Assembly (NCBI RefSeq): GCF_006345805.1
Contig: NC_043012.1
Coordinates: 19,592,001 to 19,656,000 of the forward strand
Length of the DNA: 64,000 nt
Source of the DNA: Octopus sinensis
Lineage: Eukaryota
Direction of reading: 5' to 3'
The notes under the pieces were generated by a model, which saw nothing but the letters and a program-made list of their open reading frames with translations, ran no database searches and was not told where the DNA came from. The translations under genes were made by a program, and so were the position numbers. Within the stretch, counting starts at the first letter, position 1. Each line of letters opens with the position of its first letter. Below are positions 1 to 12,670 of the stretch, piece by piece.

Positions 1-2080
1 AAATACTAACACAGCAGGATTTTTAAAAAATGATATTTTACCACATCAAAAATGTATTTGTACTTCAAAAAAATATATTTCGAGACATCAAAACAACATT
101 CGGACGTAAATTAGCTATATCTATTACACACGAGAAAAACAATGGTCCGACATTTCCAGATAAAAAACATACTTATATGATTTGCCATCATTGATGTGTG
201 CGTAGAAATAATGAAAATGGAAAGAGATGATTGATACATATCAGCGAACTGGACATTTGATTATATTTTTATTTTATCATCCTGCTTTGGAAAACAAAGT
301 TGTGTATATTTTATGAATTATGATAGGTTAGATGAGTATCTGGGAACTAGCTTAATGGTATGTGTTGAATACGCAAATAGCTATAATTATCTCTAACCAT
401 TTTCTATGCTGTGTATTTCCTGGTAATTCATCGAAATATTACCGACGGTGTATGTACAGGCTCCACAAAATTGCTTTGGGTTTTGCATAATTTATCTTAA
501 TAAATTGTCATTGATTTAGATTCGTAATGATTATTTAGCGGAAATTCCATTGCAATGATATAAAAGCTAATTGAAAATCTTGTTAGAGAAGTACTTTTCA
601 AGATATTTTGAAAATGTTACACATGGTATTCATTGTAAATTAATTATTCAAAACAGAATTTGTTTTAAAATATTCAGTTTATTTCATATTCCAGGGTTTC
701 ACCATTTGCTTTAACAAAAATAAGGAATCTATTATATATAGATTTATTTATTTAGTTATTTTTTTAAATTCCAATGCATTGTAAATTAAATTGAAGCTTG
801 GTTTGATAGATAGTAGTATAACTACTTTCGGCTTGGTGGCTTTCTATCAAATCACCAGTTTTCTATGTCTGTATTAGAGGTTCCATCAGATTGTGGTTGA
901 ACAAACTCTGCATGAAACTGTAGAGAGAACGATACGAGAACAACTCTTTAAAAACCGAGCTTTAAAACTTACAAACTACAATCAATAATCCAGAATTTCG
1001 GTCACTGTTTAGATGGATATTAATTCGTCTCTCTTGTACATGACACTGATCTATTGCAGACAACTTTTCCAGTTATATAACATGAAAGTAGTTATTGGCC
1101 AAGCTACAGTCTACTTCAGTAGAATAATTCTTTAAACTTCTCTAAATCTAAGTATGAAAACTTTGGTCATATGATACATTTATGGACACAAATTTGTATT
1201 ATTATGATACTTGAAAAGAAAGTAGTGACATCTGCGAATTATTTTCCATTACGAATTTCCCTTTACGTTTACCAGAACCATTGTATGTGTTGGTGTTCTA
1301 TTTGTAGTGGTGTAAATCTGAAACCTGTGAAGACAAGGGTTTTCCAGGTACTAAATATCGCTCAGCTGCATAGTATTTGAGAAGCCACTTCTATGAAAGC
1401 CACTTCTATGCAGTTGTTTGCATATAATGTGTTAGTAAGAAAACCTGTAAAATCAGCGTCTGTAGAAATAAGATAAACTGAAGATAGGAAAAAATCGGAT
1501 GGAAGTATAAAGATGAAGTCTTAAACACAAGGAAAATTGATTTACCTTTAGCAAATAACCATTAGCGGATCGCAGCTACAAAATCACATTAATCCTCTGA
1601 AAATTTACAATTGAAGAAAAGATAGAACAATAAAACAAACTCAGCTGATTCTATTTTCCTTTATTTCTGAAGAAAGATGTGAACAATAATCTTCTGGTGG
1701 AAACGTGAATCATATTCTAAGCACATCTAGCACTACCCGTTCAAAGAGAATGCTAGAGAATCTGATGATGAAAACCGACCCGGACATCTTACGAAAGGAT
1801 TTGATAGAAACAAAGTAAAATAAAATTTCAAGTAAGTATAATAACTTGTGATTCTGTCTCCTGCAAAAGCTACAAAATTAAAGAGCGAATCTTAGAATAA
1901 GTCAAGGAATTAGGTTGTATCATTGGATTTATAGCGTCTTCCGTAGGACGTAGGCTGTTCTTAGCAGGGCTATTTTTTGAACAGTATGTAGTGTTGAAGA
2001 TCCAGGTGTAACATCTAAGTTTTCGTTCGTATGATATTATGTCATGCCTAATGCTCCACGTATTATTGGTATTTTTTAAC

Positions 2081-4264
2081 GTTTATGTTTATGATTTGGG
2101 TTGGGATTAGGTTTTGGGATAAGGTTAGGGTTACGGTTAGGGTTAAGGTCAGTGTTAGGTTAAGGGTTAGGGTTAGGGTTAGGTTTAGGGTTAGGGTTAG
2201 GGTCAGAGTTATGGTTAGAGTTAGGTCTAGGGTTTCGGTTAGTGTTAAGGCGAGGTTTATTGTTTGAGTTAGGGTTAGGGTTCGGGTTAGGGGTCGGGAT
2301 AGGGTTAGGTTTAGGGTTAGTGTTAGGGTTAGGGTTAGGTTTAATTTAGAGTTAGGGTTAGGGTTAAGGTTAAGTTTAGTGTTAGGGTTTGGGTTAGGGT
2401 TAGGGTTAGATTTAGGGTTAGGGTTAGGGTTAAGTTTAGTGTTAAGGTTATTGTTTGGGTTAGGGGTATGGTAATTGTTAGGGTTAGGGTTAGGCTGAGT
2501 GTGAGGGTTACGGTTATGGTTTGGTTTAGGGTTAGGTTTAGGGTTAGGATTAGGGTTAGGTTTAAGAGTCAAGTTTAGGGTTAGGTTTAGCGTTAGGGTT
2601 AGGTTTAGGGTTAGTGTTAGGGTTAAGATAAGGTTTAGGGTTAATAGTTTCGGTCGGGGTTAGGGTTAGGGTTTTGATTTTGGGTTAGGGTTAGCGTTAG
2701 GTTTAGGGTTAGGGTTAGGTTTATGATTAGGGTGAGCGTTAGTGTTAGGTTTAGGGTAAGTTTTAGGGTTAGAGTTAGGGTTAGATTTAGGGTTAAGTGT
2801 TAGGCTTAAGGTTAGCTTTAAAGTTAGGGTTAGGGTGAGGGTTACTGTTTGAATTTTGGTTAGGGTTTGGTTTAGTTTTAGAGTTAAGGTTAGTGTTAGG
2901 GTTAGGTTTAGTGTTAGGTTTAGGGTTAGCGTTAGTGTTTGGTTTAGGGTTAGAGTTAGGGTGGTGTTAGTGTTAGGGTTTAGGTAAGGGTTAGGGCGAG
3001 GTTTAGGGTTAGATTTATGCTTAGGTTTAGGGTTAGGGTTAGGATTATGGTTAAGAGCTAGGGTTAGGGTTAGGGTTAGGGTTAGAGTTAGGGTTAGGGT
3101 TAGGTTGGGGTTAGGGTTAAGTTTAGGGTTAGGGTTTGGGTTAGGGTTAGGGTTAGGTTTAGGGTTAGGGTTAAGGTCATGGTTAGGATTAGGGTTAGGT
3201 TTAGGATTAGGGTTAGTATTAGTGTTAGTGTTAGGGTTAGCGTTAGGTTTAGGGTTAGAGTTAGGGTTAAGGTTAGGGTTTGGTTTAGAGTTAGGGTTAA
3301 GTTCAGTTTTAGGGTTACCGTTAGGTTAGGTTTAGGCTTAGCGTTAGCGGGTAGGGTTTGGGTTAGTGTTAGGGTTATAGTTATGGTTAGGGTTAGGGAT
3401 AGGGTTAGGGTTTATGTTTAATGTTAGGGTTAGTATTAGGGTTAGAATTAGTGTTAGGGTTAGGTTTATGGTTAGGATTAGGGTGAGGGTTAGTGTTAGA
3501 GTTTGGGTTAGGGTTAGGTTTAGGTTTAGGTTTAGGGTTAGGGTTAGGGTAAAGTTTTAATGCTAGGGTTAAATTTAGGGTTAGGTTAGATTTATGTTAG
3601 GGTTAGGGTTAGCGTTATGGTTAGGGTTAGTGTAAGGTTTAGATTTAGTGCTAGTGTTAGGGTTAGGGTTATGGTTAGGGTTATGGTGAAGGTTAGGGTT
3701 ATGGTTAGGGTTAGCGTTTAGGGTTAGGGTTAAGTTTATGGTTAGGGTTAGGGTTTCGGCTAGGGTTAGCGTTAGGTTTAGGATTAGGGTTATGGTTAGG
3801 GTTAGGGTTTAAGGTTAGGGTCAGAGTTAGTGTTAGGGTTAGGGTTATGGTTAGGGGTTATGGTGAGGGTTAGGCTTAGGGTTAGAGTTACGAGTAGGGT
3901 TAGGTTTAGGATTAAGTTTAGTGTTAGGGTTATGGTTACTGCTAGGGTTAGGATAGGGTTAGGGTTAGAGTTAGGGTTATGTTTATGGTTAGTGTTAGGG
4001 TTAGGGTTAGGTTAGTGTTAGGTTTAGGTTTAGGGTTAGGATTTGGATTACGTTTACGTTTAGGGTTAGGTTAGGGTTAGCGTTTGGATTAGATTCAGGT
4101 TTAGGGATATGTTATGGTTAGGGTTATGGTTAAGCTTTAGTGTTAGGGTTAAGGCTAGTGTTAGGATTAGTGTTAGGCTTACGACTAGGGTTAGGGTTAA
4201 GGTTAGAGTTAGGGTTAGGTTTAGGGTTAGAGTTTGTGTTAGTTTTAGGGTTAGGGTTAAGGTT
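2081..4264 (+). repeat. Degenerate interstitial telomeric-type array (TTAGGG)n, about 360 hexamers
   Basis: Continuous TTAGGG units mixed with single-base variants (TTAGGT, TTAGTG, TTAGAG, TTAGCG, TTATGG, TTAAGG, TTTGGG). The 6-bp register is largely kept, and non-telomeric DNA lies on both sides. Confidence 0.97.
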
Positions 4265-4269
4265 TCTAC

Positions 4270-4545
4270 TATGTAGTCATCTTAGCTTCTATTTTCTCGC
4301 CTCCTCGTGTACAGAGAGAAGCGTTTTCTATTTTCACGTGTTGCTTTTCTACTTGCAGCAGTCTTTCCCTCTTTGTTTCTAAGAACTTTGCTTCTTCCAC
4401 TGTTGTTATTTTATAGTAGTTGCCTTTCTTTACCAGGACACGGACTTCTTCTAAGCCGGATAGGTATATTCTATCTGCGTCTGCTTTGGGGTGGTGACTT
4501 CGGTAGGCTGCTATTAATTATCTGGATTTTCTATCTGGGTTTCTC
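4270..4545 (-). mobile_element. R4/Dong-clade non-LTR retrotransposon fragment (region just downstream of the RT core)
   Basis: Manual minus-strand translation gives RNPDRKSR*LIAAYRSHHPKADADRIYLSGLEEVRVLVKKGNYYKITTVEEAKFLETKRERLLQVEKQH. This matches the HPKADxDRLYLPRxEGGRGL...YKxTT motif typical of R4/Dong-like elements. Confidence 0.75.
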
Positions 4546-4584
4546 AATAACAACAACAGCAATAATAACAATAATGATAATAAC

Positions 4585-4637
<53 letters not shown>

Positions 4638-4716
4638 GAATGATAATAATAATATTAATAATTATTATTATTATTATTATTATTTTTCTTATTTTTGTTG
4701 TTGTTGTTATTAGAAT

Positions 4717-4766
<50 letters not shown>

Positions 4767-4830
4767 TTGTTATGTTTGTTGTTTTTGTTGTTGGTGTTGA
4801 TCGTTATTGATTTATTGATGCTGTTGTTAG
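4546..4830. repeat. Compound trinucleotide microsatellite (AAT)n-(ATT)n-(GTT)n-(AGT)n-(GTT)n
   Basis: Directly visible, with a polarity switch from AAT to ATT near 4655. Confidence 0.97.
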
Positions 4831-6209
4831 TGTAATGGTGTTCCTTTCGCGTAATATGCAAGAAAGCACATATTGGGGATTAATATTATCAAACAGCCAC
4901 TTACGGGAATAATGTATATTTAATCGACTCCTCGGTGTTAAACATTGGTTTCTCTATTTGGTGAGTTAGATCTCAGACGTAAAGATGCATGCTTAATACA
5001 TGTTATTCATATTAGATTTTTCTTTGGTTAATACTCTGTATGACTCTTCTTGATCTTAGTATACAATGATTTGCTATGAAGAACTTTTGCCTAACTTCGC
5101 ATAAACACTAAATACCGCTTGCAATCTGAGTAGGTAAATAAGTCTTATACGATACTGTTGATCATATAGTACCCTTTGTAGTCGAAAGAGGATATAACGG
5201 GATTTTATAATAATATTCGCTAGAATAATATTTAACGGCAATCATGTTGTTAATAGAATATAAAAAGTGACAAGATGCCCTTTTATATTATGCATGTTTG
5301 AACGTGACATTCCTACATATGCTTGTGCGTACGCAGGCGTGTATGTATGTGTGGGCACGTATGTGTACGGCTGAATTTTAGTATTAAGTACCATACGCTT
5401 TCGATGTTGCTACAGCCGCTCTTTATAAATATCAATTTGATCAAATATATTTCGAGACACTTACAGCTGGATCCCACATAGATTTGTGTATTTTAGAACT
5501 AAATAATGGAATAGAATAAATATAATAATAAATGTATAATATGTAATAAATATATAGTTTAACATTTACATTTGACAATATAATACTGATATATCAAGTG
5601 CTATTTATGATGATTTCGTGCTGCGTGAAACTTCGAATATTTAAAATATTATCTTTTATTTATACTCTCTTGTAATTTTGTATGCTTTAGTTATAATCAC
5701 ATGCCGTGTTTTAATACATACCTACTATATTAAAATGGCAATGTATCAAGTATAATACTGTGCATGATAAATGAACTCCGAAGTAAATGATATTGATCCG
5801 GTGTACGTAATTGATTTACATGTAGGATGGCATTTAGCTGAATGTAATTAACATGAAAAAATAAAATCTGTGTGATTTTTTATTACTACAAGAATTTCTT
5901 TAAATAATTGTTTTGGTATTACAACTTAACGTACTCAGATCAAAAAGAGAAAAAGATAAAGAAAACTCAGACCTCAAAAATCCTGTGAATAACACTAAGT
6001 CTAGTCACAAAAGAGACTGTTTAGAACACAGTCATTAAATATTTAGAGGAAACCAGAATTTCTGCTGCAATTATTTAAAATCATAATTGCATATGTATAC
6101 AGGCGTAATTCAAGGATATATCCTTATAAACCTCTGGATGTAAATACTGCTATGGCTAAAGTATAAGTTTGGTATATAGAATCACGCTTTAGTGCATATA
6201 ATCACAATT

Positions 6210-6480
6210 AATAGAAAATTCTACTAAGACACCCTATGGGATATAGAATGAAATGTAGGGAAGAATATATAGATAATATAGATAAAACTGCTATGATAGA
6301 AGGAATTATGCTTATACTACAATAAACGTAGGAAAAATATATGGACATACACAAGATGGAAAGACAGAAATTAACTTTCGTGGAAGCAGAGGATGCAGCA
6401 ATAGATATATTTAAAAAGGAATGATTTTGACGTATTTGATGGCAGTAGTTTCTATTGTCAGGAAGAGAACACAAATGCAG
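6210..6480 (+). mobile_element. Decayed RTE-clade LINE 3' coding fragment
   Basis: Translation LRHPMGYRMKCREEYIDNIDKTAMIEG...KYMDIHK...KLTFVEAEDAAID resembles the RTE C-terminus pattern LxYxGHIMR...MIEG...WMDNIK...EAxDAAxDR. Contains stops. Confidence 0.45.
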
Positions 6481-7172
6481 ATTAGAATTGACAGCGCAAC
6501 GTAGTCGAACATGTTCCGAGAGCGCGAAATTAAATCTATTAATGAAAACAGAACGTTTAACTAAAGTTTTGAACTGTTGGTAAATACTATAGATTAAAAG
6601 CAAAATCTTAATACGAAGTGTTCACATGAACTTGTATTCAATACATTGGTACATGAAATATATATCATGTAATTTGAATCTTGGAAAAACAACGAAAGAA
6701 ATAACAGATAAGAAAACGATTCAAATCGCTTATTCGATATGAGCGCCTATGAAGATCCACCAAAATATTTGACCTTATGCTTGTGCATATTTTAAATTCA
6801 TTGCATTTTTCTTGGAGATTATAAATCATCCTGACGCTAGGATTGTCTGACTTTAATTACTGAATGCAGCAGCAGATAGTGTCCTTTCTCAATTCGAGGA
6901 TTCCGCAGATGATCGATCTGTCTCATTAATTTGAAAGCACTCTCTGAAAGACAATGCATTTTAATTAATGACTTTCTCTGTCTCTATTTCTATACGTACA
7001 CATGTACCTGAATATGACTAAGTTAATGCATTGTGAATCAATTATCTTCAAAATTTATTCCATTATTTACATTGCAGGATCACGTATTTACGACATGTGC
7101 GTTACGGGGAGGTGTCTTCTATCTCCTAATAGAAATGTATCCCTTCTCCATGTAGCACACACACACATACAT

Positions 7173-7208
<36 letters not shown>

Positions 7209-7253
7209 CAACTTTATTTCCGTTAAAAGTTAACGTATCGTAGCTAACGCAGA

Positions 7254-7301
<48 letters not shown>

Positions 7302-7449
7302 TTCTATTCTTATTGTAGTAGAGAATCATCAATTCTAGCTCTCTTCAATTATCTATATATTTAATAACCAGTCTCTATATTTAGTTAAACCGTATTAATC
7401 TGTGGGTTTTTCTCGGTGTATATACATATATATATTCGCATTAGAAAGC

Positions 7450-7620
7450 ATGTAAACACGAAAGCCACCTCCTTCAGAAAACATATAGACAGATGCCTGA
7501 ACACCGACAAAAGCATAAAGTTGAGGCCATGAAACACTTTTGGCTAATCTAAGAATTAAGGAAGCTATCCTCAGAGATACCAGGACCCCAAATTAACAAC
7601 AGGCTGGTGTTTGGTAATTA
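7450..7620 (+). mobile_element. Penelope-like element GIY-YIG C-terminal fragment
   Basis: Frameshifted translation SFRKHIDRCLNTDKSIK...NLRIKEAILRDTRTPN resembles the H...LxIKEAIxI....PxLN end of Penelope endonucleases. Confidence 0.45.
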
Positions 7621-8129
7621 ACATATTTAGATACACCAGGATGCGTGTAGGTTCATTTTTGATACCATGCTCATGTACTATGGAAAAAAGGAGAAATTGC
7701 ACGTATAATACATAACATAGAATCAGTGCTACGGACGTGCCAACACGCACGATCTTTAGACATGTCCGCCCTCACGCACTTCTCATGAGGAATTCCAGAA
7801 GGAGATTCCTGATACCAATGTGTAAAAAAAAACTATAAATAATTGGTACCACGAACAATGAGCAAAAGAAACTGACGTGGAATCTCCAAATCCAACATAT
7901 TAGGAAGCACAGTGAATATGCGTATGACATTTCAAAATTTCTCCATTTGAGATTCTTATGTGAATGCATGCACAACACCAGAGAGTGTGCATCGACAGCT
8001 CAACCAACGCACCAATTGAACCACTGATTTACAAACACTGGGAACACTCTTAACATGAACTTCATAAACATTCAAAGAAAATAATCCTCTCACACACTCA
8101 CTCACACATACATACACGCATACACTCAA

Positions 8130-8409
<280 letters not shown>

Positions 8410-9324
8410 CCTTTTGCGATGGTTTCTTTATTTGTATATTCGTATGCTACTATATTTCTCCAAATATCATGTATATTCTTCTTGTATATTATATTTCAAA
8501 CGAATATTTTCACATATTAGTTTTTGGTATCTGGAGGTCACAGATGTAAATGTTAATCTAAGAATAATTTCTTTCAAAGCAATTTACCGTGAGAAGAGAA
8601 AAAAAATAATTATCAATATTGTGATACTTGTTGAGTTAAAACTTAATTTAAATCTTAAAAAGTAAGTCAAAAAATCAATACCTTCAGCGCAAAATGCTTA
8701 CTTAATCAGAATATATTTCAAAATATATGTTGAAAATAGTTGTTGTATTTTTTTCTATTAAAGATAATAGATTTTTTTTTACTTGTATGCGTTTTTCGAT
8801 GTTTTCATAAATGATAAAGCTGCTGAAAGTCGATTTTTCACGCCTATACCTGAGTTGTAATGAAAAAATCATATTATCCGCTGACGTTTCAAGGAAGATT
8901 CAAAAGGAAATTAAACAATGAATACAAACCTTCAAATGAAAAAGTAATCATATGAGGGAAAAAGCTGCAGGAAAGTAATTTCCTTGTGAAATTCTCAATT
9001 ATTTAATTCCATTTCAAAAGGTGTATCGTCGACAGTAGACATGCGAGGTATTTTAAAACAGCCTTGTTTTACATTCATTTAATTTAAAGACATGGAGTAT
9101 AAACGTGACATCAGGTAAAAAGCACACTTAGAAACTGTTGGAAGGGATTTAAATACGAGTATATACGAGCATATTCTCGACGTAATTATTTATTTCGAAA
9201 TACACCACCGTAAAGATATAATATTTCCCGTGATTGTGACGAATTTAATATTTCAGATAAATGTAGTGGTTTTAAAATCTTACCCATATATTTTCAGACG
9301 CATAAATACACGCACGGACATGCA

Positions 9325-9932
9325 TAGTTAGTTAATTTGGCTCAAAAACAAATAGCAAGGCAATGTAGGGGGACATGGAGTTAAGTACAGGGTGGTGTTC
9401 ATGTAAAGAGTTCAGGCCACTGGAGGTCAAGGGAGGCTTTGAACAAAGCGGTCGTCGGCATCTTCACCATCTCGTCTGGCAGCTTGTTCCACGGATCCGC
9501 AACCCGGACGGAGAAAGCTCCTCTCCTTCGATTGAGATGAAATCGTCGCAGGTAGAGCTTTTCGGAATGACCCCGCAGCCGACGATCTGGAGCAGGATTG
9601 AAGAACAGCTCTTTCAAGAGGTTACACTTTCCGCTTATGATGCTGTGGGCGAGAATGAGATCACCACGGCGGCGGCGTTTTTCTACAGAATAAAGGTCGA
9701 GCGTCCTCAGCCTTTCTTCGTAGGACAAATTTTTGAGACCATGAACCATGCGGGTAGCCAGCTTCTGGACTCTTTCGAGATGCTGTATTCTTTGAGGAGA
9801 TAAGGAGAAGAGGCTTGAATCCCGTATTCCAATATGGGTCTCACCAGCGTGACATAGAGTGGTAGGAATATGGCTGCTGTGAGCATTCCGAATGACCGTC
9901 GAATCAAGAACAGAATTCCGCATAGCCACATA
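9325..9932 (-). mobile_element. 5'-truncated CR1-like LINE (RT C-terminus plus 3' UTR, short TAAC tail)
   Basis: LYVTLVRPILEYGIQASSP / LERVQKLATRMVHGLKNLSYEERLRTLDLYSVEKRRRRGDLI / RGHSEKL / FSVRVADPWNKLP are CR1-clade motifs. One frameshift near 9795. Confidence 0.9.
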
Positions 9933-10372
9933 TGCGTTCATGCTTAAACCTCAGCACCCTTAGGCTTATGGGCTTCTATCTACTTATATATCTAGCTCGC
10001 TAGCTATATAATGAAACGAATAATATCCAATATACGATATATATTTGTCTGCTCAATGCGACTGTTTCTTACGCATCTGTTTAATAGACGACTGAGAAAA
10101 TTACTCCATTACAAAAAAAAAAAAAAAATTAACCATAATCATCAGATGAGAAGTAATTTTGTAAACAAAAGAAGATCCAAGAATGCAGCATGGAGGTGGC
10201 GGAAGTCTGTTGAGGCCACATATAACTTGAAAGATTGACCATCATAACTGGCCGTTGAGGTTGAAACTATAGTTCGTGTTATATGATATCTAAGGTCAGC
10301 GACCCAGGTGACATAGGTGTCTGCTAGACTGGTTCTTTGGCAGGCTGCTGTAGGTAATATTTCGTTTATAGT

Positions 10373-10750
10373 AAGGCGGCGAACTGGCAGAAATGTTAAC
10401 TTGCCGGGCAAAATGTTTATCGGTATTTCGTCTCCCGCTACGTTCTGAGTTCAAATTCCGCCGAGGTTGACTTTGCCCTTCATCCTTTCGGGGTCGATTA
10501 AATAAGTACCAGTTACGCACTAAGGTCGATATAATCGACTTAATCCGTGTGTCTGTCCTTGTTTGACCTCTCTGTGTTTAACCCCTTGGGGGTAGTAAAG
10601 AAATAGGTATTACGTCTGCCGTTACGTTCTGAGTTCAAATTCCGCCGAGGTCGACATTGCCTTTCATCCTTTCAGAGTCGATAAATTAAGTACCAGTTAC
10701 GCACTGTGATCGATGTAATCGGCTTAATGCTTTTGTCTGTCATTGTTTGT
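10373..10750 (+). mobile_element. tRNA-derived SINE family B, two 184-bp modules
   Basis: Head AAGGCGGCGAACTGGCAGAA (A-box-like). B-box GAGTTCAAATTCC occurs at 10447 and 10631. Central GCCTTTCATCCTTTCGGGGTCGATAAATTAAGTACC-like domain. Confidence 0.9.
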
Positions 10751-10799
10751 GAAGGTGAAGGTGAAGAAAAATAAAGGTATTCAAACCAATTAGGCATAG

Positions 10800-11170
10800 G
10801 GTCGGTATGTGGGGTTTCCTAGCTAAGTTTAAAGGTCAAAGGGAGACAGGCGGAGATACACATAATTTAGGAGTGTCTGTGGATGTTGGTTGAAATTTGG
10901 AGGAGAGTAACAAGGTAATCGAATAATAAGATCGAACTTTTATGGAACTGTAGTGTTCGGCGTGAAGTGGGAATATGTAGGGTATTGCTTTAGTTACGAA
11001 AATGTGTATGGGCTAGTGGGGACCGCTTGTAATATTAGGATGGTCGGCCTGCATAGGAAAAATATGGTAGTGATAGTAGAGTACTACTTAGAAATTAGGA
11101 ATTTAAAGAAAGATGAGGTTATATAATAAACTATACCTAATACGGAGTTCGAAATACCAGATCGGATATC
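10800..11170 (+). mobile_element. Highly decayed I/Jockey-like LINE RT C-terminal fragment
   Basis: Remnant peptides ..LGVSVDVG*NLEESNKVIE..GIALVTKMC..PLVILGWSACIG..KLGI*RKM resemble the YLGVxxD..L....RP.I.YG..AW pattern. Many stops. Confidence 0.35.
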
Positions 11171-11185
11171 AAAGAAAGCAAGCTG

Positions 11186-11267
<82 letters not shown>

Positions 11268-11389
11268 CCTATCTATCTATCTATCTATCTTTCTATCTAT
11301 CTATTTATCTAACTATCTAGCTAGATGTATCTAACTATCTATATATCTATCTGTCAATCTGTCTATCTATCCCTCTATCAATGTATATC

Positions 11390-11430
<41 letters not shown>

Positions 11431-11442
11431 AGAGAGAGAGAG
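11186..11442. repeat. (TATC)n, then (GT)n and (GA)n microsatellites
   Basis: Directly visible. Confidence 0.97.
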
Positions 11443-11464
11443 AAAATTTACATAAACGAAAGAG

Positions 11465-11640
11465 AAGACAGGTGTTGGAACAAAAAGCAGGTGTATTAGT
11501 TTAACTCACGGGAAGACTGGACAAATCTTTTACGCTTTAAGCCTATGCTCTCCGAAAGAAAGGTTTAGGAGGGTAAAAAAGGAGAGAGAATGAAAAAAAA
11601 AATCGAGAGAGAAAGAAGTGCGTAGGGATTAATGATTCAA
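11465..11640 (-). mobile_element. Penelope-like terminal repeat remnant with a decayed minimal hammerhead-like motif
   Basis: The minus strand reads CTTT-CTTTCGG-A-GAGC-ATAG-GCTT-AAAGC-GTA-AAAG. Flanks are similar to 40375-40520. Confidence 0.35.
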
Positions 11641-12632
11641 CATGATGAAATGGCCGGAAGAATGAGGCTAAATGAAAGTGAAATAATAATGGTGAACGAA
11701 TTTACACAATCGCATGTATGTATATGAGAATGCTGTGTGTGAGAGTGTATGTATGAATGAGGGCGAATGCGTCAGTATGTATTGGTGTGCGAGCTGAAAA
11801 ATATATGGACCGCTTGGGATGAAAACTCACACCACTCGCAAAATACTATACACTTTTTCCAGTGACAAAGCGTCACTGGTCTCGAAAAAGGAGAAATAAT
11901 CTATATTAAATTTCTGAGTGAGATATAAACAGTATCAATACAGAATCGCAGCATATAATTGTCAATCAGGTGTTGCGTCCTATACGGGACAGAATTACTA
12001 TTGTATATAGTCCCAGGAAGACATCTCTTCCAGCTGACTAACGGCGCACAATCTGTGTCCGATTAGTATTTGTGAGGGGAGGTCATCATTAACATCCCTA
12101 GCTGTACGTGGTATACACCGTCTCGGGCGTGTGTTAATCAGCAGCTAGTGAAGAAAACTCACCCCATTCGGAAAACAATATAGGCTTCATCCAAGGATAC
12201 GTAGCGCTAATTTTCCGTCTTCCATTTCTAGCGTTTCTTTCATCCATTACTTCTCATTCTACTCATAAATATTTTCTTCTCATTCCTTCTACCGGTTTCT
12301 CATGTGCTGCACCTCATTTTCAAATCGGACACAGCAGCTTCTCAGGGCATTAAAAATGCTTGGAGTTAAAAAGCCTGTTATAAAACCGGTCTGATCACGT
12401 GTTACAATAGTAACGAAAAATTAGTAACACTTAATCCTCTTATAGTGCACATTACATAATGCAATAATACTCATCTTTCACTGGATGGGGCACATTTATA
12501 AGTGGAATAATGGAATAATAAATTATATATGTGCGTGCTTGTGTGGATGGATGTGTGTGCGTGCATGTGTGGGTACTTGTTCGTGCGCGTATGCGTGGGT
12601 GCTTGTGTGCACGTGCGTTGTGTGTGTTTTTG

Positions 12633-12670
<38 letters not shown>

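Noticed and set aside
1240-1310. HQHIQWFW on the minus strand, reminiscent of HECT-domain xxIQWFW
   Set aside because: It is immediately followed by stops with no further HECT residues, so it is probably chance.
2081-4264. True chromosome end
   Set aside because: Complex sequence flanks both sides and the repeats are degenerate throughout.
2063-4382. Long ORFs (PNPN.., LTLT.., VRVR.., GLGL..) in the telomeric array
   Set aside because: These are a direct consequence of hexamer periodicity, with no independent sign of coding.
4307-4810. 167-aa hydrophobic ORF that looks like a membrane protein
   Set aside because: It is the antisense of the R4/Dong fragment plus translated (AAT)/(ATT)/(AGT) repeats.
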